A stretch of DNA of 64,000 nucleotides from Rhodospirillales bacterium. GTDB lineage: Bacteria; Pseudomonadota; Alphaproteobacteria; CACIAM-22H2. This document shows, piece after piece, positions 1 to 9,167 of this stretch. The notes below the pieces were generated by a model, which worked only from the letters and a program-made list of their open reading frames with translations, did not search any database and had not been told where the DNA came from. The stretch lies in the NCBI GenBank assembly GCA_947445225.1, contig CANFCX010000002.1:26119-90118 (forward strand), read 5' to 3'. How positions within the stretch are numbered: position 1 is the first letter of the stretch; each line of letters begins with the position of its first letter. A program made the position numbers and the translations under genes.

Positions 1-1
1 C

Positions 2-436
2 ATCCGGGCCTATTCCGGCGACATCGACTCGGGCCTGATCGCCGCTCGCGAAGGGCCGCGCGTCCTTGGCCGTTGGACCAGTAGTTTGCGCGATGCCCAA
101 AGTGCTTGCCCAGGCCATGTCGCCCTGATGTCGGCCCTCAAACGGGCGGCCTTCACCGATGACGGCCAGCTGTTGTTCGTCAACGCCGGCATCGATCCTA
201 CCCGCCCGCTTTCCGCCCAAAGCGACAGCTTTTGGTGGGGCGCGGGCGCGTTTAGCCGCATCAACGAACCTTATGCCGGTTATCGCCGGGTCGTGCGCGG
301 CTTCGATACCGCCCATGCCGGCCTTGTGGAGGGCCCGTTTACGGTCAGCCTCGACGGGGGCAGCGGGTTTGGCGGCCCGCTGCTGGCCGCCTGTTTTGCT
401 CCCGACGGCACCGTTATCGACCGGATCGAGGCTTAG
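2..436 (+). CDS. Metallophosphoesterase-like protein, C-terminal part (truncated by left edge)
   Basis: Frame is open from position 2 (IRAYSGDIDSG...). LFVNAGIDP and SLDGGSGFGGPL resemble the HAG and DTG motifs of calcineurin-like phosphoesterases. Confidence 0.6.
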   Translation: MRAYSGDIDSGLIAAREGPRVLGRWTSSLRDAQSACPGHVALMSALKRAAFTDDGQLLFVNAGIDPTRPLSAQSDSFWWGAGAFSRINEPYAGYRRVVRGFDTAHAGLVEGPFTVSLDGGSGFGGPLLAACFAPDGTVIDRIEA

Positions 437-544
437 TCCGTAAGACCGGCGCGCACGTTCCAAGTGACCGGCGTCACTGCCGGGCGTGGTGTCCTTCGTC
501 GTATTCTCCGAGCGATCGGCAATTCGCGTTTCCGGATCGACCGG

Positions 545-1411
545 ATGGGTACCATGACTGCTTCCAGCCAAACTCGGCCGGCCTATTCGGGCCGCCGCAC
601 CCACGCTCCCCTACCCCCGCTCTTGTCCCGAGAGCGCGAGTTGGAGCTAACCCGCCGCTGGCGCGACGGCCGCGATCGCGGCGCACTGGCGGAGATTGTC
701 GCGGCGTTCGACCGATTGGTCCTATCGAATGCGCGGCGTTATCGAAATTACGGCTTGCCGCTCGACGATCTGGTGCAGGAAGGCCATGTTGGCCTGCTTC
801 AGGCTGCGGCGCGGTTTGAGCCCGAACGCGGACTTCGCTTCGCCACCTATGCGATCTGGTGGGTGCGGGCGGCGATTCAGGATTTCATCCTGCGGAACTG
901 GTCGGTGGTTCGCACCGGGACCACGGCGGCGCAGAAATCGCTCTTCTTCAATTTACGGCGGCTGCGGGCCCAGCTCGATCCCGAGGCGGAGCGCCTCTCG
1001 CCCGCGAGCCGGTTGGCGATCGCGCGACGGCTCGGCGTCACGATCGGGGACGTCGCCGACATGGAAGGGCGACTCGGCGGCTCGGACCACTCGCTTAATC
1101 GCAGGCTGGCCGAAGACGGCGGCGAGGAATGGCAGGACTTGCTGACCTGCCCGCGCCCGACGCCGGAGGAAGACGTCGGCGACCGTCGCGAGGCCGCGAG
1201 TCGCAGACTGTGGTTGACCCAGGCGCTCGGCGATCTGCCGCCGCGGGAACGGATGATCATCGACCACCGGCGTCTGCGCGAAGAGGAAACGACGCTGGAG
1301 GTCCTCGGGCGGAAACTGGGGGTCAGCAAGGAACGTATCCGCCAGCTCGAGGAACGCGCCATCCGCAAGCTCCGGCAAAACCTGCAGGAAAGGATCGCCG
1401 CCCAGGCCTGA
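545..1411 (+). CDS. rpoH: RpoH-family (sigma-32) RNA polymerase sigma factor, probably an RpoH2-type paralog
   Basis: Region 2 DLVQEGHVGLLQAAARFEPERGLRFATYAIWW, RpoH box QKSLFFNLRR, region 4 LGVSKERIRQLE. Start placed at ATG 545 (554 possible). Confidence 0.9.
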   Translation: MGTMTASSQTRPAYSGRRTHAPLPPLLSRERELELTRRWRDGRDRGALAEIVAAFDRLVLSNARRYRNYGLPLDDLVQEGHVGLLQAAARFEPERGLRFATYAIWWVRAAIQDFILRNWSVVRTGTTAAQKSLFFNLRRLRAQLDPEAERLSPASRLAIARRLGVTIGDVADMEGRLGGSDHSLNRRLAEDGGEEWQDLLTCPRPTPEEDVGDRREAASRRLWLTQALGDLPPRERMIIDHRRLREEETTLEVLGRKLGVSKERIRQLEERAIRKLRQNLQERIAAQA

Positions 1412-1420
1412 TGCCCGCGG

Positions 1421-2233
1421 CTAAGGCGGCAACACCTCGACCTGCTCGGGGTGCGAAACTTCGATCGCCGGACCGTTCAATGACCCCAGCCAGCCCCGAA
1501 TTCTGACGCGGCTTCCGGCATAACTCTGGGGATCGACCCGCGCCGCCGTGAACAGCCGGCGGGCCGAAGACGGAATCGACGCCGTGAAGTCCGTGCGATA
1601 GTCCGGCCCGAAATTCAGATAGGTGCGGCCGCGGATGGTCTCGACCTTGAGAACGGTTCCTTCGACGATTTGAAACGTGTCGATCAAGCGCGCGGTTTCT
1701 TCGGGTTTCAGCACGCGATAATAATCGTCGCTCCACAGGCCGCGCCGCGCGGCGCGCGCCGCGCCTTCAATGGCGAGCATCTCGGCGGCCATGGCCCGAT
1801 TGTCGGCGAAGGTGTAGACGCGGGCGAACCCAAGCCGCAGCATCTCTCCCTGAACCCAAATCCCCGGCTGGCCGCGTGTTTGGCTCTCGAGATGGAGATG
1901 GGCAAGAGCGCGCCGGTACCGGTCCGCGCGCGCCCCGCCGAAGGAAAGCGTCAGCCGGCGCCCGAGCGTGAGGTCGCTGAGGGCGGTGCGCGCTTGTTCG
2001 GCCAACGGCCAGGTCGGAAAATTCGCGCGGCCGAGCGGCAATTTAGGCGCCTGAATGCCGACCAGGCGGATGGACCGCCCATCGGCCAGGACCAAAGTAT
2101 CGCCATCGACGATTTCACGCGCGGTGCCAGTGCCGTCTTGCACCAAGGACGCCGTCTCCACGGCGCTTGGCGGCGCGACGGCTAGGATGAGGCCGATCAC
2201 GACGGCCAGGGCGGGAGCAAGGCGACGTACCAT
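1421..2233 (-). CDS. Thermonuclease (SNase-like) family secreted nuclease with C-terminal OB-fold-like domain
   Basis: Signal peptide, IVDGDTL, IRLVGIQAP, DRYRRALA and ARAARRGLWS. Confidence 0.85.
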   Translation of the reverse strand: MVRRLAPALAVVIGLILAVAPPSAVETASLVQDGTGTAREIVDGDTLVLADGRSIRLVGIQAPKLPLGRANFPTWPLAEQARTALSDLTLGRRLTLSFGGARADRYRRALAHLHLESQTRGQPGIWVQGEMLRLGFARVYTFADNRAMAAEMLAIEGAARAARRGLWSDDYYRVLKPEETARLIDTFQIVEGTVLKVETIRGRTYLNFGPDYRTDFTASIPSSARRLFTAARVDPQSYAGSRVRIRGWLGSLNGPAIEVSHPEQVEVLPP

Positions 2234-2347
2234 GTTCCGCGATCCTAGACCAACCGGGCGCGTCGCGGCAAAAACGCGCCGAGGCGGTTGACGGAGGGCC
2301 GCAGCCTGTGGCGATGTTCAGTCATGGCGCCAAGGCAAGAGACCGGA

Positions 2348-3301
2348 ATGGGTCGCACCGAGTTGTTCCCCCCCATAGAACCCAAGGTCAGCGGCCTTCT
2401 GCCCCTTGATTCCCGTCACAGCATGTATTGGGAAGAATGCGGCAATCCGCAGGGCCGGCCGGTTGTGTTCCTTCATGGCGGCCCGGGCGCAGGCGCCACA
2501 TCCGCCCATCGCCGTTTTTTCGATCCGGCCTATTGGCGCATCATCGTTTATGACCAACGCGGCGCCGGCCGCTCCGTGCCCCATGGCGACCTGGTCGACA
2601 ACACAACCCCGCATCTGGTCGCCGATCTCGAATTGCTGCGGCGCCATCGCGGCATCGATCGCTGGGTTCTCTTCGGCGGTTCGTGGGGCAGCACGCTGGC
2701 GCTCGCCTACGCCGAGACCCATGCCGAAAGGTGCCTCGGCCTGATCTTGCGCGGCATCTTTCTCGCCCGGCAGAAAGAGATCGATTGGTTCTTGCACGGC
2801 GTCAAGGCGGTGTTCCCGGAGGCGTGGCGCAGCTTCGCCGGGTTTCTGCCGGAGGCGGAGCGCGGCGACATCCTGCCCGCCTATTATCGGCGCCTGATCG
2901 ATCCCGACGAGGCCGTTCACATGCCCGCCGCCCGGAGCTGGAGCAGTTATGAGGGGGCTTGTTCATCGCTCCTCCCCAGCACCGATGTGGCCGCAAGCCT
3001 GGTGGAAGATCGCACCGCGCTCGGGTTGGCTTGGATCGAGGCCCATTATTTCATCAACGACGCCTTTCTTCCCGAAAACGCGCTCCTCGCCAATCTCCGC
3101 GGCATCCGCCACTTGCCAGCCACGATTGTCCAAGGACGCTACGACCTGATTTGCCCCGTCGTCACCGCCGATGAATTGGCGCGCGCCTGGCCGGAGGCCG
3201 ACTACGTCATCGTCCCCGATGCCGGGCATTCGGCCATGGAGCCGGGCATTCGGAGCGCCCTCGTCGGCGCCACCGAAAGGCTACAGAGTTTGCTACTATG
3301 A
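2348..3301 (+). CDS. pip: Proline iminopeptidase
   Basis: HGGPG, DQRGAGRS, GGSWG nucleophile elbow, GRYD, AGHS. Confidence 0.93.
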   Translation: MGRTELFPPIEPKVSGLLPLDSRHSMYWEECGNPQGRPVVFLHGGPGAGATSAHRRFFDPAYWRIIVYDQRGAGRSVPHGDLVDNTTPHLVADLELLRRHRGIDRWVLFGGSWGSTLALAYAETHAERCLGLILRGIFLARQKEIDWFLHGVKAVFPEAWRSFAGFLPEAERGDILPAYYRRLIDPDEAVHMPAARSWSSYEGACSSLLPSTDVAASLVEDRTALGLAWIEAHYFINDAFLPENALLANLRGIRHLPATIVQGRYDLICPVVTADELARAWPEADYVIVPDAGHSAMEPGIRSALVGATERLQSLLL

Positions 3302-3349
3302 AAAGGGCGATCGGCCCGTGGCCGACGCTCACCATGTGGGAGGGACTAT

Positions 3350-3865
3350 ATGCGCGGAATCCGGCTAACCTTGGCGGTTGCGGTCTTGGTTCTTACCCTG
3401 GCGGTTGGCGGACAACGCGCGGCGGCCCAAGATCCCGCATTTCTTGTCATTGGCGCCGGCGGGTATGACGTCAACAAACAGGACAATACCGCGGCCGAGT
3501 TTTCGCTTCAGTACCGTTCCGACGTCGACCTTTGGATATTCCGACCGTTCGCCGGGCTGATGGCGACAACCGATTCGGCCGTGAACGTCTATGCAGGAAT
3601 CGGCATCGATCTTTTCTTCGGCAATCGCTGGGTCGTGCGACCGAGTTTCGCGCCCGGATTCTATGCCGAAGGCGACGGCAAGGACCTCGGCCACAGCGTG
3701 GAGTTTCGCTCCGGAGTCGAAATCGCGTATCGGTTCGACGATCGCGCCCGCCTCGGGCTCGAACTCTACCATCTGTCGAACGCCAGCATTGGCAGCCGCA
3801 ACCCCGGCGAGGAATCGCTTATTTTGACCTACGCCGTGCCGATTTCATCACTGTTCGGCCCCTGA
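3350..3865 (+). CDS. Acyloxyacyl hydrolase / PagL-like outer-membrane beta-barrel
   Basis: Signal peptide, KDLGHSVEFRSG, HLSNA..NPGEE catalytic motif. SD-like GGAGG upstream. Confidence 0.8.
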   Translation: MRGIRLTLAVAVLVLTLAVGGQRAAAQDPAFLVIGAGGYDVNKQDNTAAEFSLQYRSDVDLWIFRPFAGLMATTDSAVNVYAGIGIDLFFGNRWVVRPSFAPGFYAEGDGKDLGHSVEFRSGVEIAYRFDDRARLGLELYHLSNASIGSRNPGEESLILTYAVPISSLFGP

Positions 3866-3906
3866 TCGCCGCCGGCCTGGATTTTTTCCGCCGGGCGGGT
3901 GGCCCG

Positions 3907-4476
3907 TCAGCCGCCGGCGGGCCCGGGTGGGCTTGCCACTTCAACGGCAACGGCTTCCGGCCCTTTTTGCGCGTGAACGACACGCATCTTGACGGTCTGG
4001 CCAGGTGTCAGCCCGCTTAGGCCGGCATTGCGAAGAATGGTGATGTGCAAGAACACATCCTTGCCGCCATCGTTCGGCGAAACAAACCCATAACCCTTGA
4101 GGGCGCTGAACCATTTAACGACACCATCCATCGGTGTGCCGTCATCGGCCGCGGGCGCCGCGAACCTGGGCGCCGGAGCGTCCATCCGCGACCGCGGCGG
4201 CGGCGCCTGCGCCGTGCTCAAATCAACATCGAGGACACGGAGCACCTGGCGACCCTTCGGGCTCTGCCCAATTTCGGCGAGCAAGCCCGCACCTTCCGCC
4301 ACGGCCTCAAAACCGGCGAGCTTCAGCACCGATAGGTGAAGGAAGGCTTCGGATGAACCGTCGACCGGGGTCACGAATCCGAATCCCTTGGCGACGTTGA
4401 ACCATTTGACGGTGGCGCGAACGCGGGTCCCGTCCCCGTCGGCCCGAAAATCGGGCTGTTCGAATTGCCTTTGCAC
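3907..4476 (-). CDS. Cold-shock protein with two CSD domains
   Basis: VKWFNVAKGFGFV...AFLHLS and VKWFSALKGYGFV...DVFLHI separated by a Pro/Ala linker. Confidence 0.9.
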   Translation of the reverse strand: MQRQFEQPDFRADGDGTRVRATVKWFNVAKGFGFVTPVDGSSEAFLHLSVLKLAGFEAVAEGAGLLAEIGQSPKGRQVLRVLDVDLSTAQAPPPRSRMDAPAPRFAAPAADDGTPMDGVVKWFSALKGYGFVSPNDGGKDVFLHITILRNAGLSGLTPGQTVKMRVVHAQKGPEAVAVEVASPPGPAGG

Positions 4477-4635
4477 TGGAGCGATCCACTCGAAAGAAAT
4501 GCGTCAATATGACGCGCCCGCGCGCCGAGATTAGCACTCCTGCCGGGGCACGGACAATCGCCTTCGGCTCGCGACGCTCAGGCGATATCGGCGGTCTTCG
4601 TCGCCGGTACCCGCCGCCTAGCATGCAAACCGCAC

Positions 4636-5406
4636 CTAATAGCGGTTTAGGTTGTTGTAAACGGCATGGGCGATCGGCAGTAAATCGTCGCGTGGCAGCT
4701 TCCCGACCAGCGCATAGGCCAAAGCCCCGTCGAGCCAGAAGAAAACGGACGCGCCTTCACCCTGAACGAAACGGAAGGCGGTCTCCTGGGAACCGCCGCC
4801 CGGCGCCGCGGCATGATAGAGGGTGACGCGGTTCCCACGATCGTTTTCATACATCAATTGGCTGGCCGCGCTGCCATCGGCCGAAGGCAGCAACCTGCCC
4901 CCGACCAGCGTGTAGCCTTCGCCGTCGAGGCGGGGCGCCTTGATCGGATGGCCCATCCGTTTGGACAGCCATGTCACGAGATGATCCTGCTCATTGGCCG
5001 CCACCTCCACCGGATGACGGACCTCGCCGACATAAACGACATGCGCGGCCACGGCCTGGCGGGTGATGGCGAAGACCGGCTGGGTGGCGTCGAGATTGGC
5101 ACCGCGCAGAAACCAACCTCCAGCCAGGCCGGTCACGACCAGAGCCCCGCCCGCGGCAATTCGCGCGGCGCGAGACGCCCAATTTCGGCGAGGCGCCGCC
5201 CACTCGGTTGGAAAGGGCTCCGCCAGCAGCGGATCGTACAGCGCGTGGAGTTCCTGATTGATCCGGCGATACGCGGCAACCCGCTCCGCCTCCTCCGGTT
5301 TGGCCGCCATCAGGGCTTCGACCGCGGCCTTGCGAACCGGATCGAGCTGCCCGTCGACATAAGCGTGCAGCTCGGTTTCACCGATGGTTTCCGGCGTCTG
5401 CGTCAT
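4636..5406 (-). CDS. Transmembrane anti-sigma factor (PrtR-like)
   Basis: LHAYVDGQLD N-terminus, one TM segment, HPVEV..HLVTWLSKR, LVGGRLLP. Coupled to the ECF sigma gene. Confidence 0.85.
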   Translation of the reverse strand: MTQTPETIGETELHAYVDGQLDPVRKAAVEALMAAKPEEAERVAAYRRINQELHALYDPLLAEPFPTEWAAPRRNWASRAARIAAGGALVVTGLAGGWFLRGANLDATQPVFAITRQAVAAHVVYVGEVRHPVEVAANEQDHLVTWLSKRMGHPIKAPRLDGEGYTLVGGRLLPSADGSAASQLMYENDRGNRVTLYHAAAPGGGSQETAFRFVQGEGASVFFWLDGALAYALVGKLPRDDLLPIAHAVYNNLNRY

Positions 5407-5915
5407 TTGATTCTCCGCAACGCCGGCACCATGGTCCCCGCCATGGTCACGCGCAGCTTTTCACGCCCGCGATGCAGCCGCGACATCACCGTGCCGACGG
5501 GTATATCGAGGATGGTCGCCGCGTCCTGGTAGCTCGACTCTTCGAGGCCGACCAGCAACACGACCGCGCGTTGGTCCTCCGGGAGCAAGGCCAGGGCGTC
5601 GGCGAGCGAGCGAATTTCGAGCCGGGCTTCCTGTGACGCCGGTGTCGAGGCACCCGCACCGGCATCGTCGAGCGATATCGGGTGGGGCTGGCGATGATCC
5701 TTGCGTCGGATGTTAGCGTGAAGGTTGTGCATGATCGTAAATAGCCACGTTCTCATATTGCTGCCGCGCCGCCAAAGGTGAAGGCGGCTCCAGGCGCGTT
5801 CCAGACAATCCTGGACGAGGTCTTCCGCCGCTTCGCGGTTCCGCATCAGCGCGATCGCGTATCGCCGCAAATGCGGAATCTGCTCGACGACTAGGCGACG
5901 CCGGTCCTCACTCAC
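5403..5915 (-). CDS. ECF RNA polymerase sigma factor (PrtI-like)
   Basis: LRRYA, AEDLVQDCLERA, TWLFTIMHN, IPVGTVMSRLHRGR. Start uncertain (GTG 5915 or 5948). Confidence 0.88.
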   Translation of the reverse strand: MSEDRRRLVVEQIPHLRRYAIALMRNREAAEDLVQDCLERAWSRLHLWRRGSNMRTWLFTIMHNLHANIRRKDHRQPHPISLDDAGAGASTPASQEARLEIRSLADALALLPEDQRAVVLLVGLEESSYQDAATILDIPVGTVMSRLHRGREKLRVTMAGTMVPALRRIK

Positions 5916-6049
5916 CCGTGACTGCTCCCCGGTCCGCCCGCCAAACACGCCCTAGACATATAATACACCCGTGCGTCGTGGTTATTCCGGCTACCCACCA
6001 AATGGATGGACGTGCGGCGGCGAGGCTAACATGGCAATATCGCCCGGTC

Positions 6050-7297
6050 ATGTGGACCCGCTGGATCGCCACCGCACCCAATTCGCGCCGGACGATCATC
6101 GGGGTTGGGCTCGGCTTGGCGCTTGCCTCGGCCGCGCAGGGCCAACAGCCCGGAGAGCGATTCCGCATCGATCCGCGCGACCTGCCGGCGCCCTTTTCCA
6201 CCCCAAGCATCGCCAATCCGCCGATCGCGGTATCGCGCCCCGCCGGCGCCGGCTTGACCCTGCCACCGGGGTTTTCGGCGACGATCTTCGCCGAGCGCCT
6301 TGGTCATGCGCGTTGGATCGAGACCGCACCCAACGGCGATGTTTTTCTTGCCCAGCCGGATAATGGCGTCGTCACCCTGCTCCGCGACACCGATGGCGAT
6401 GGGCGGGCCGACATCAATGTTCCCTTCGTGCAGGGATTGCGTCAGCCGCACGGACTGGCCGTGCGCGCCGGTTATCTCTACGTCGCCGATGTCGATCGCG
6501 TCTGGCGCATTCCCTATCGCCCCGGCGAAACCAGACCCACCGGTCCGCGCGAGGCGGTGACACCCACGGGTGCCCTTGGCGATGGCGGCGGTCATTGGAC
6601 ACGGAACCTTGCCTTCAGCCCGGACGGCAGCCGCTTCTATGTGGCCATCGGCTCACGCGGCAATCTGGGGGAGGAAAACGAACCGCGCGCGACCGTGCAA
6701 GAATTCCGGTCCGACGGCAGCAGCCAACGCACCTTCGCGAGCGGTCTGCGCAACCCGGTCGGCATTGCATTCCGGCCGGGGTCCCCTGACCTCTACGTCG
6801 TCGTAAATGAACGCGACGGGCTGGGTGACGGTTTGGTTCCGGACTATCTCACGCGGGTTGAAAATGGCGGCTTCTACGGGTGGCCCTATGCGTATATTGG
6901 ACGCAACCCTCAGCCTCGCCTGGCCGAAAGACGGCCCGATCTGGTGGCGCGCAGCCTGGTTCCCGATGTGCTGTTTCGGAGCCACTCGGCGCCGCTGGGC
7001 CTGGCGTTCTACACCGGGACACAGTTCCCCGACGATTATCGCGGCGACGCGTTTGTTGCCTTTCACGGTTCCTGGAATGCGAGCCAGCCGACCGGTTACA
7101 TGATCGTTCGCGTACCCTTCACGAATGGACGCGCCTCCGGCCACTACGAGGCGTTCGCCACCGGTTTTGCCACGCTGGGCCCCGGCCGGGCTCGGGTTTG
7201 GGGCCGCCCGGTCGGCCTCGCGATCGCCGCCGATGGCAGCCTGCTCGCCGCCGACGATGTCGGCAACGTCGTCTGGCGTATTCAATACCGCCGTTAA
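6050..7297 (+). CDS. PQQ-dependent sugar / L-sorbosone dehydrogenase family beta-propeller, secreted
   Basis: GHWTRN, GLRNPVG, NERDGLGDGLVPDY, HSAPLG, HGSWN, GRPVG. Signal peptide follows ATG 6050. Confidence 0.85.
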   Translation: MWTRWIATAPNSRRTIIGVGLGLALASAAQGQQPGERFRIDPRDLPAPFSTPSIANPPIAVSRPAGAGLTLPPGFSATIFAERLGHARWIETAPNGDVFLAQPDNGVVTLLRDTDGDGRADINVPFVQGLRQPHGLAVRAGYLYVADVDRVWRIPYRPGETRPTGPREAVTPTGALGDGGGHWTRNLAFSPDGSRFYVAIGSRGNLGEENEPRATVQEFRSDGSSQRTFASGLRNPVGIAFRPGSPDLYVVVNERDGLGDGLVPDYLTRVENGGFYGWPYAYIGRNPQPRLAERRPDLVARSLVPDVLFRSHSAPLGLAFYTGTQFPDDYRGDAFVAFHGSWNASQPTGYMIVRVPFTNGRASGHYEAFATGFATLGPGRARVWGRPVGLAIAADGSLLAADDVGNVVWRIQYRR

Positions 7298-7356
7298 CCG
7301 ATCGTTAGTCACGGGGGCATACAACAGGGCGACGGCAATGACATGCGAGCGCCCGG

Positions 7357-7611
7357 ATGCAAATCCCACCCAGCTTTTCCGTCTTGGAAGCCCTGTCGCG
7401 ACACGTCGCGCCCGCCAATGGCGGGGCCCCGCGTCCGGCGCCGGTCAAACCGCAACCACCCACAACGGATGTCGCGCGAACTCAACCGCTGACGGCGACC
7501 AATACTCGTCTAGCGGCCGCGGCCCCAACCCAACCGGGGGCCAATAAACCGGTCGCAATTTCCCATCTGCCCACGGTTCCGCGCGGGAGCCTGCTGAACA
7601 TCCTCGTCTGA
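7357..7611 (+). CDS. Small hypothetical Pro/Ala/Thr-rich protein ending in RGSLLNILV
   Basis: ATG ORF in otherwise intergenic space, with a low-complexity centre and an ordered-looking C-terminus. Confidence 0.55.
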   Translation: MQIPPSFSVLEALSRHVAPANGGAPRPAPVKPQPPTTDVARTQPLTATNTRLAAAAPTQPGANKPVAISHLPTVPRGSLLNILV

Positions 7612-7657
7612 TTCTTGGGGATAGGCGGGGCGGGCTTAAAGCCAAACCCTGTCGCCC

Positions 7658-7693
7658 AAAAAAGGAAGTCGGCGACCCATGGGGCCGCCGACT
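7658..7693 (-). terminator. Rho-independent terminator
   Basis: Minus strand reads AGTCGGCGGCCC-CAT-GGGTCGCCGACT followed by TCCTTTTTT. Confidence 0.75.
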
Positions 7694-7771
7694 GAAGCAG
7701 GCCGGGGGCAAATCGCGCCCGGACGCGATGGAGTCTTCAAACGGCCGTTAGGCCGGTGAAAACTCAACCAA

Positions 7772-7861
7772 CTACTTCTTCTTAGCGGTCTTTTTTGCGG
7801 CGGGCTTCTTCGCCACGGTCTTCTTCGCCGGTTTCTTTGCAGCAGCCTTCTTCACTGGCAT
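7772..7861 (-). CDS. 29-aa Lys/Ala-rich histone H1-like microprotein (MPVKKAAAKKPAKKTVAKKPAAKKTAKKK)
   Basis: Translated by hand. AGGAGG at 7870-7875 lies 8 nt before the ATG, TAG stop, downstream terminator. Below the ORF-track size cutoff. Confidence 0.8.
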   Translation of the reverse strand: MPVKKAAAKKPAKKTVAKKPAAKKTAKKK

Positions 7862-8212
7862 GTCATTGACCTCCTATTGGTCACACTAAGGACCGGGTCG
7901 GCTGAGGGTGGTGGCTGTCGGTACCGCGGAGCTTTTTCGCGGACTTGATCATCGCATGATGATCGGGCCACCCCTCGACCACTGCGCACAACGCGCAACC
8001 AGTCCTAGGCGGCAGAAGATCATGGCAATTCAACCCCCTGTCAAGAAAATTCAATATCCTGTAGGTGAGCTTTGCAAATCATCCAAATATTGCGTATGCC
8101 CCCAATGGTTGCGTACATGAAAATTATCTACACACGCCATGGTATGACACTTCCGCAGTGCGCCTGAGAGAACTGCACAAACTAGGCGATAGCGGAAAGA
8201 TCGTCATGCATC

Positions 8213-9160
8213 CTACGATTGCAGCGGTTCCGACAACAACCCCCGCGCAAATTCCACCGCATCGAACGGCCGAAAATCGTCCGCGCCTTCGCCGACGCCG
8301 ATAGCGCGCACTGGCAGCGAAAATTTTTCGGCCAACGCGACCAAGATGCCGCCGCGCGCCGATCCATCGAGCTTCGTCAAAACGAGTCCGCTGACGTCGA
8401 CCATGGCACGAAATGTCTCGACCTGAGCCAGCGCATTTTGGCCGATGGTGGCGTCGAGGATCAGCAGACATTCATGCGGCGCGGTTGGATCGGCCTTACG
8501 CAGGGCGCGCACGATCTTTTGCAATTCCGCCATCAGGTCGGCCTTGTTGTGAAGACGCCCCGCGGTGTCGATGAGCAGCAGATCGGCGTCGCGGCGACGG
8601 GCCTCTTCGAGAGCGTCATAAGCAAGAGACGCGGGATCGCCGCCTTCGGGGCCAACGATCACCGGACAGCCGACGCGTTCGCCCCACAGCCGCAATTGGC
8701 TGACCGCGGCGGCGCGGAAGGTGTCGCCGGCCGCCAGCACGACCCGTTTGCCTTCGGCGCCGAACAGCCGGGCGAGTTTGCCGACCGTCGTCGTCTTGCC
8801 GCCGCCATTGGCGCCGACGACGAGCACGACGAAGGGCCGGCGCGCGGGGTCGAGCACAAAGGGACGCGCCGCCGGTGCAAGACGGAGGGCGATTTCGTCG
8901 GCCAAAGCAGCGCGAACGTCGTCGGCCGTGACGCCACGGTCGAATCGCCGCGTCTTCAAGGCGGCAACCAGGGCCGCCGCCGTTCGCGGCCCCAAATCGG
9001 CGCCGACGAGCAACTCCTCCAGCCGATCGAGAGTGGCCTCATCGAGTTTGCCGCTGGTGAGCGCGGCGGCGATGCCTTCGACCAAACGCGAGGACGAGCG
9101 GCTCAACCCGGATTTGAGCCGAGCCAACCAGCCGCGGCCCTGGGCTGTCGTTTCGGTCAT
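8213..9160 (-). CDS. ftsY: Signal recognition particle receptor FtsY
   Basis: GANGGGKTTTVGKL, DTFRAAA, DTAGRLHNK, TKLDGSARGG. Start ATG 9160. Confidence 0.95.
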   Translation of the reverse strand: MTETTAQGRGWLARLKSGLSRSSSRLVEGIAAALTSGKLDEATLDRLEELLVGADLGPRTAAALVAALKTRRFDRGVTADDVRAALADEIALRLAPAARPFVLDPARRPFVVLVVGANGGGKTTTVGKLARLFGAEGKRVVLAAGDTFRAAAVSQLRLWGERVGCPVIVGPEGGDPASLAYDALEEARRRDADLLLIDTAGRLHNKADLMAELQKIVRALRKADPTAPHECLLILDATIGQNALAQVETFRAMVDVSGLVLTKLDGSARGGILVALAEKFSLPVRAIGVGEGADDFRPFDAVEFARGLLSEPLQS

Positions 9161-9167
9161 GCCGCGA

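Noticed and set aside
3907-4476. Two-domain cold-shock protein as a novelty
   Set aside because: Tandem-CSD proteins are already known in alphaproteobacteria (e.g. Caulobacter CspC/CspD).
7775-7858. CTT/TTC-rich short repeats as a DNA tandem repeat or CRISPR
   Set aside because: Explained by Lys/Ala codons of the minus-strand microprotein. There is no repeat-spacer structure and no cas gene.
7908-8304. Short ORFs in the AT-rich gap (7908-8120, 8065-8304)
   Set aside because: Atypical composition and no recognisable motifs. More likely promoter or leader DNA.
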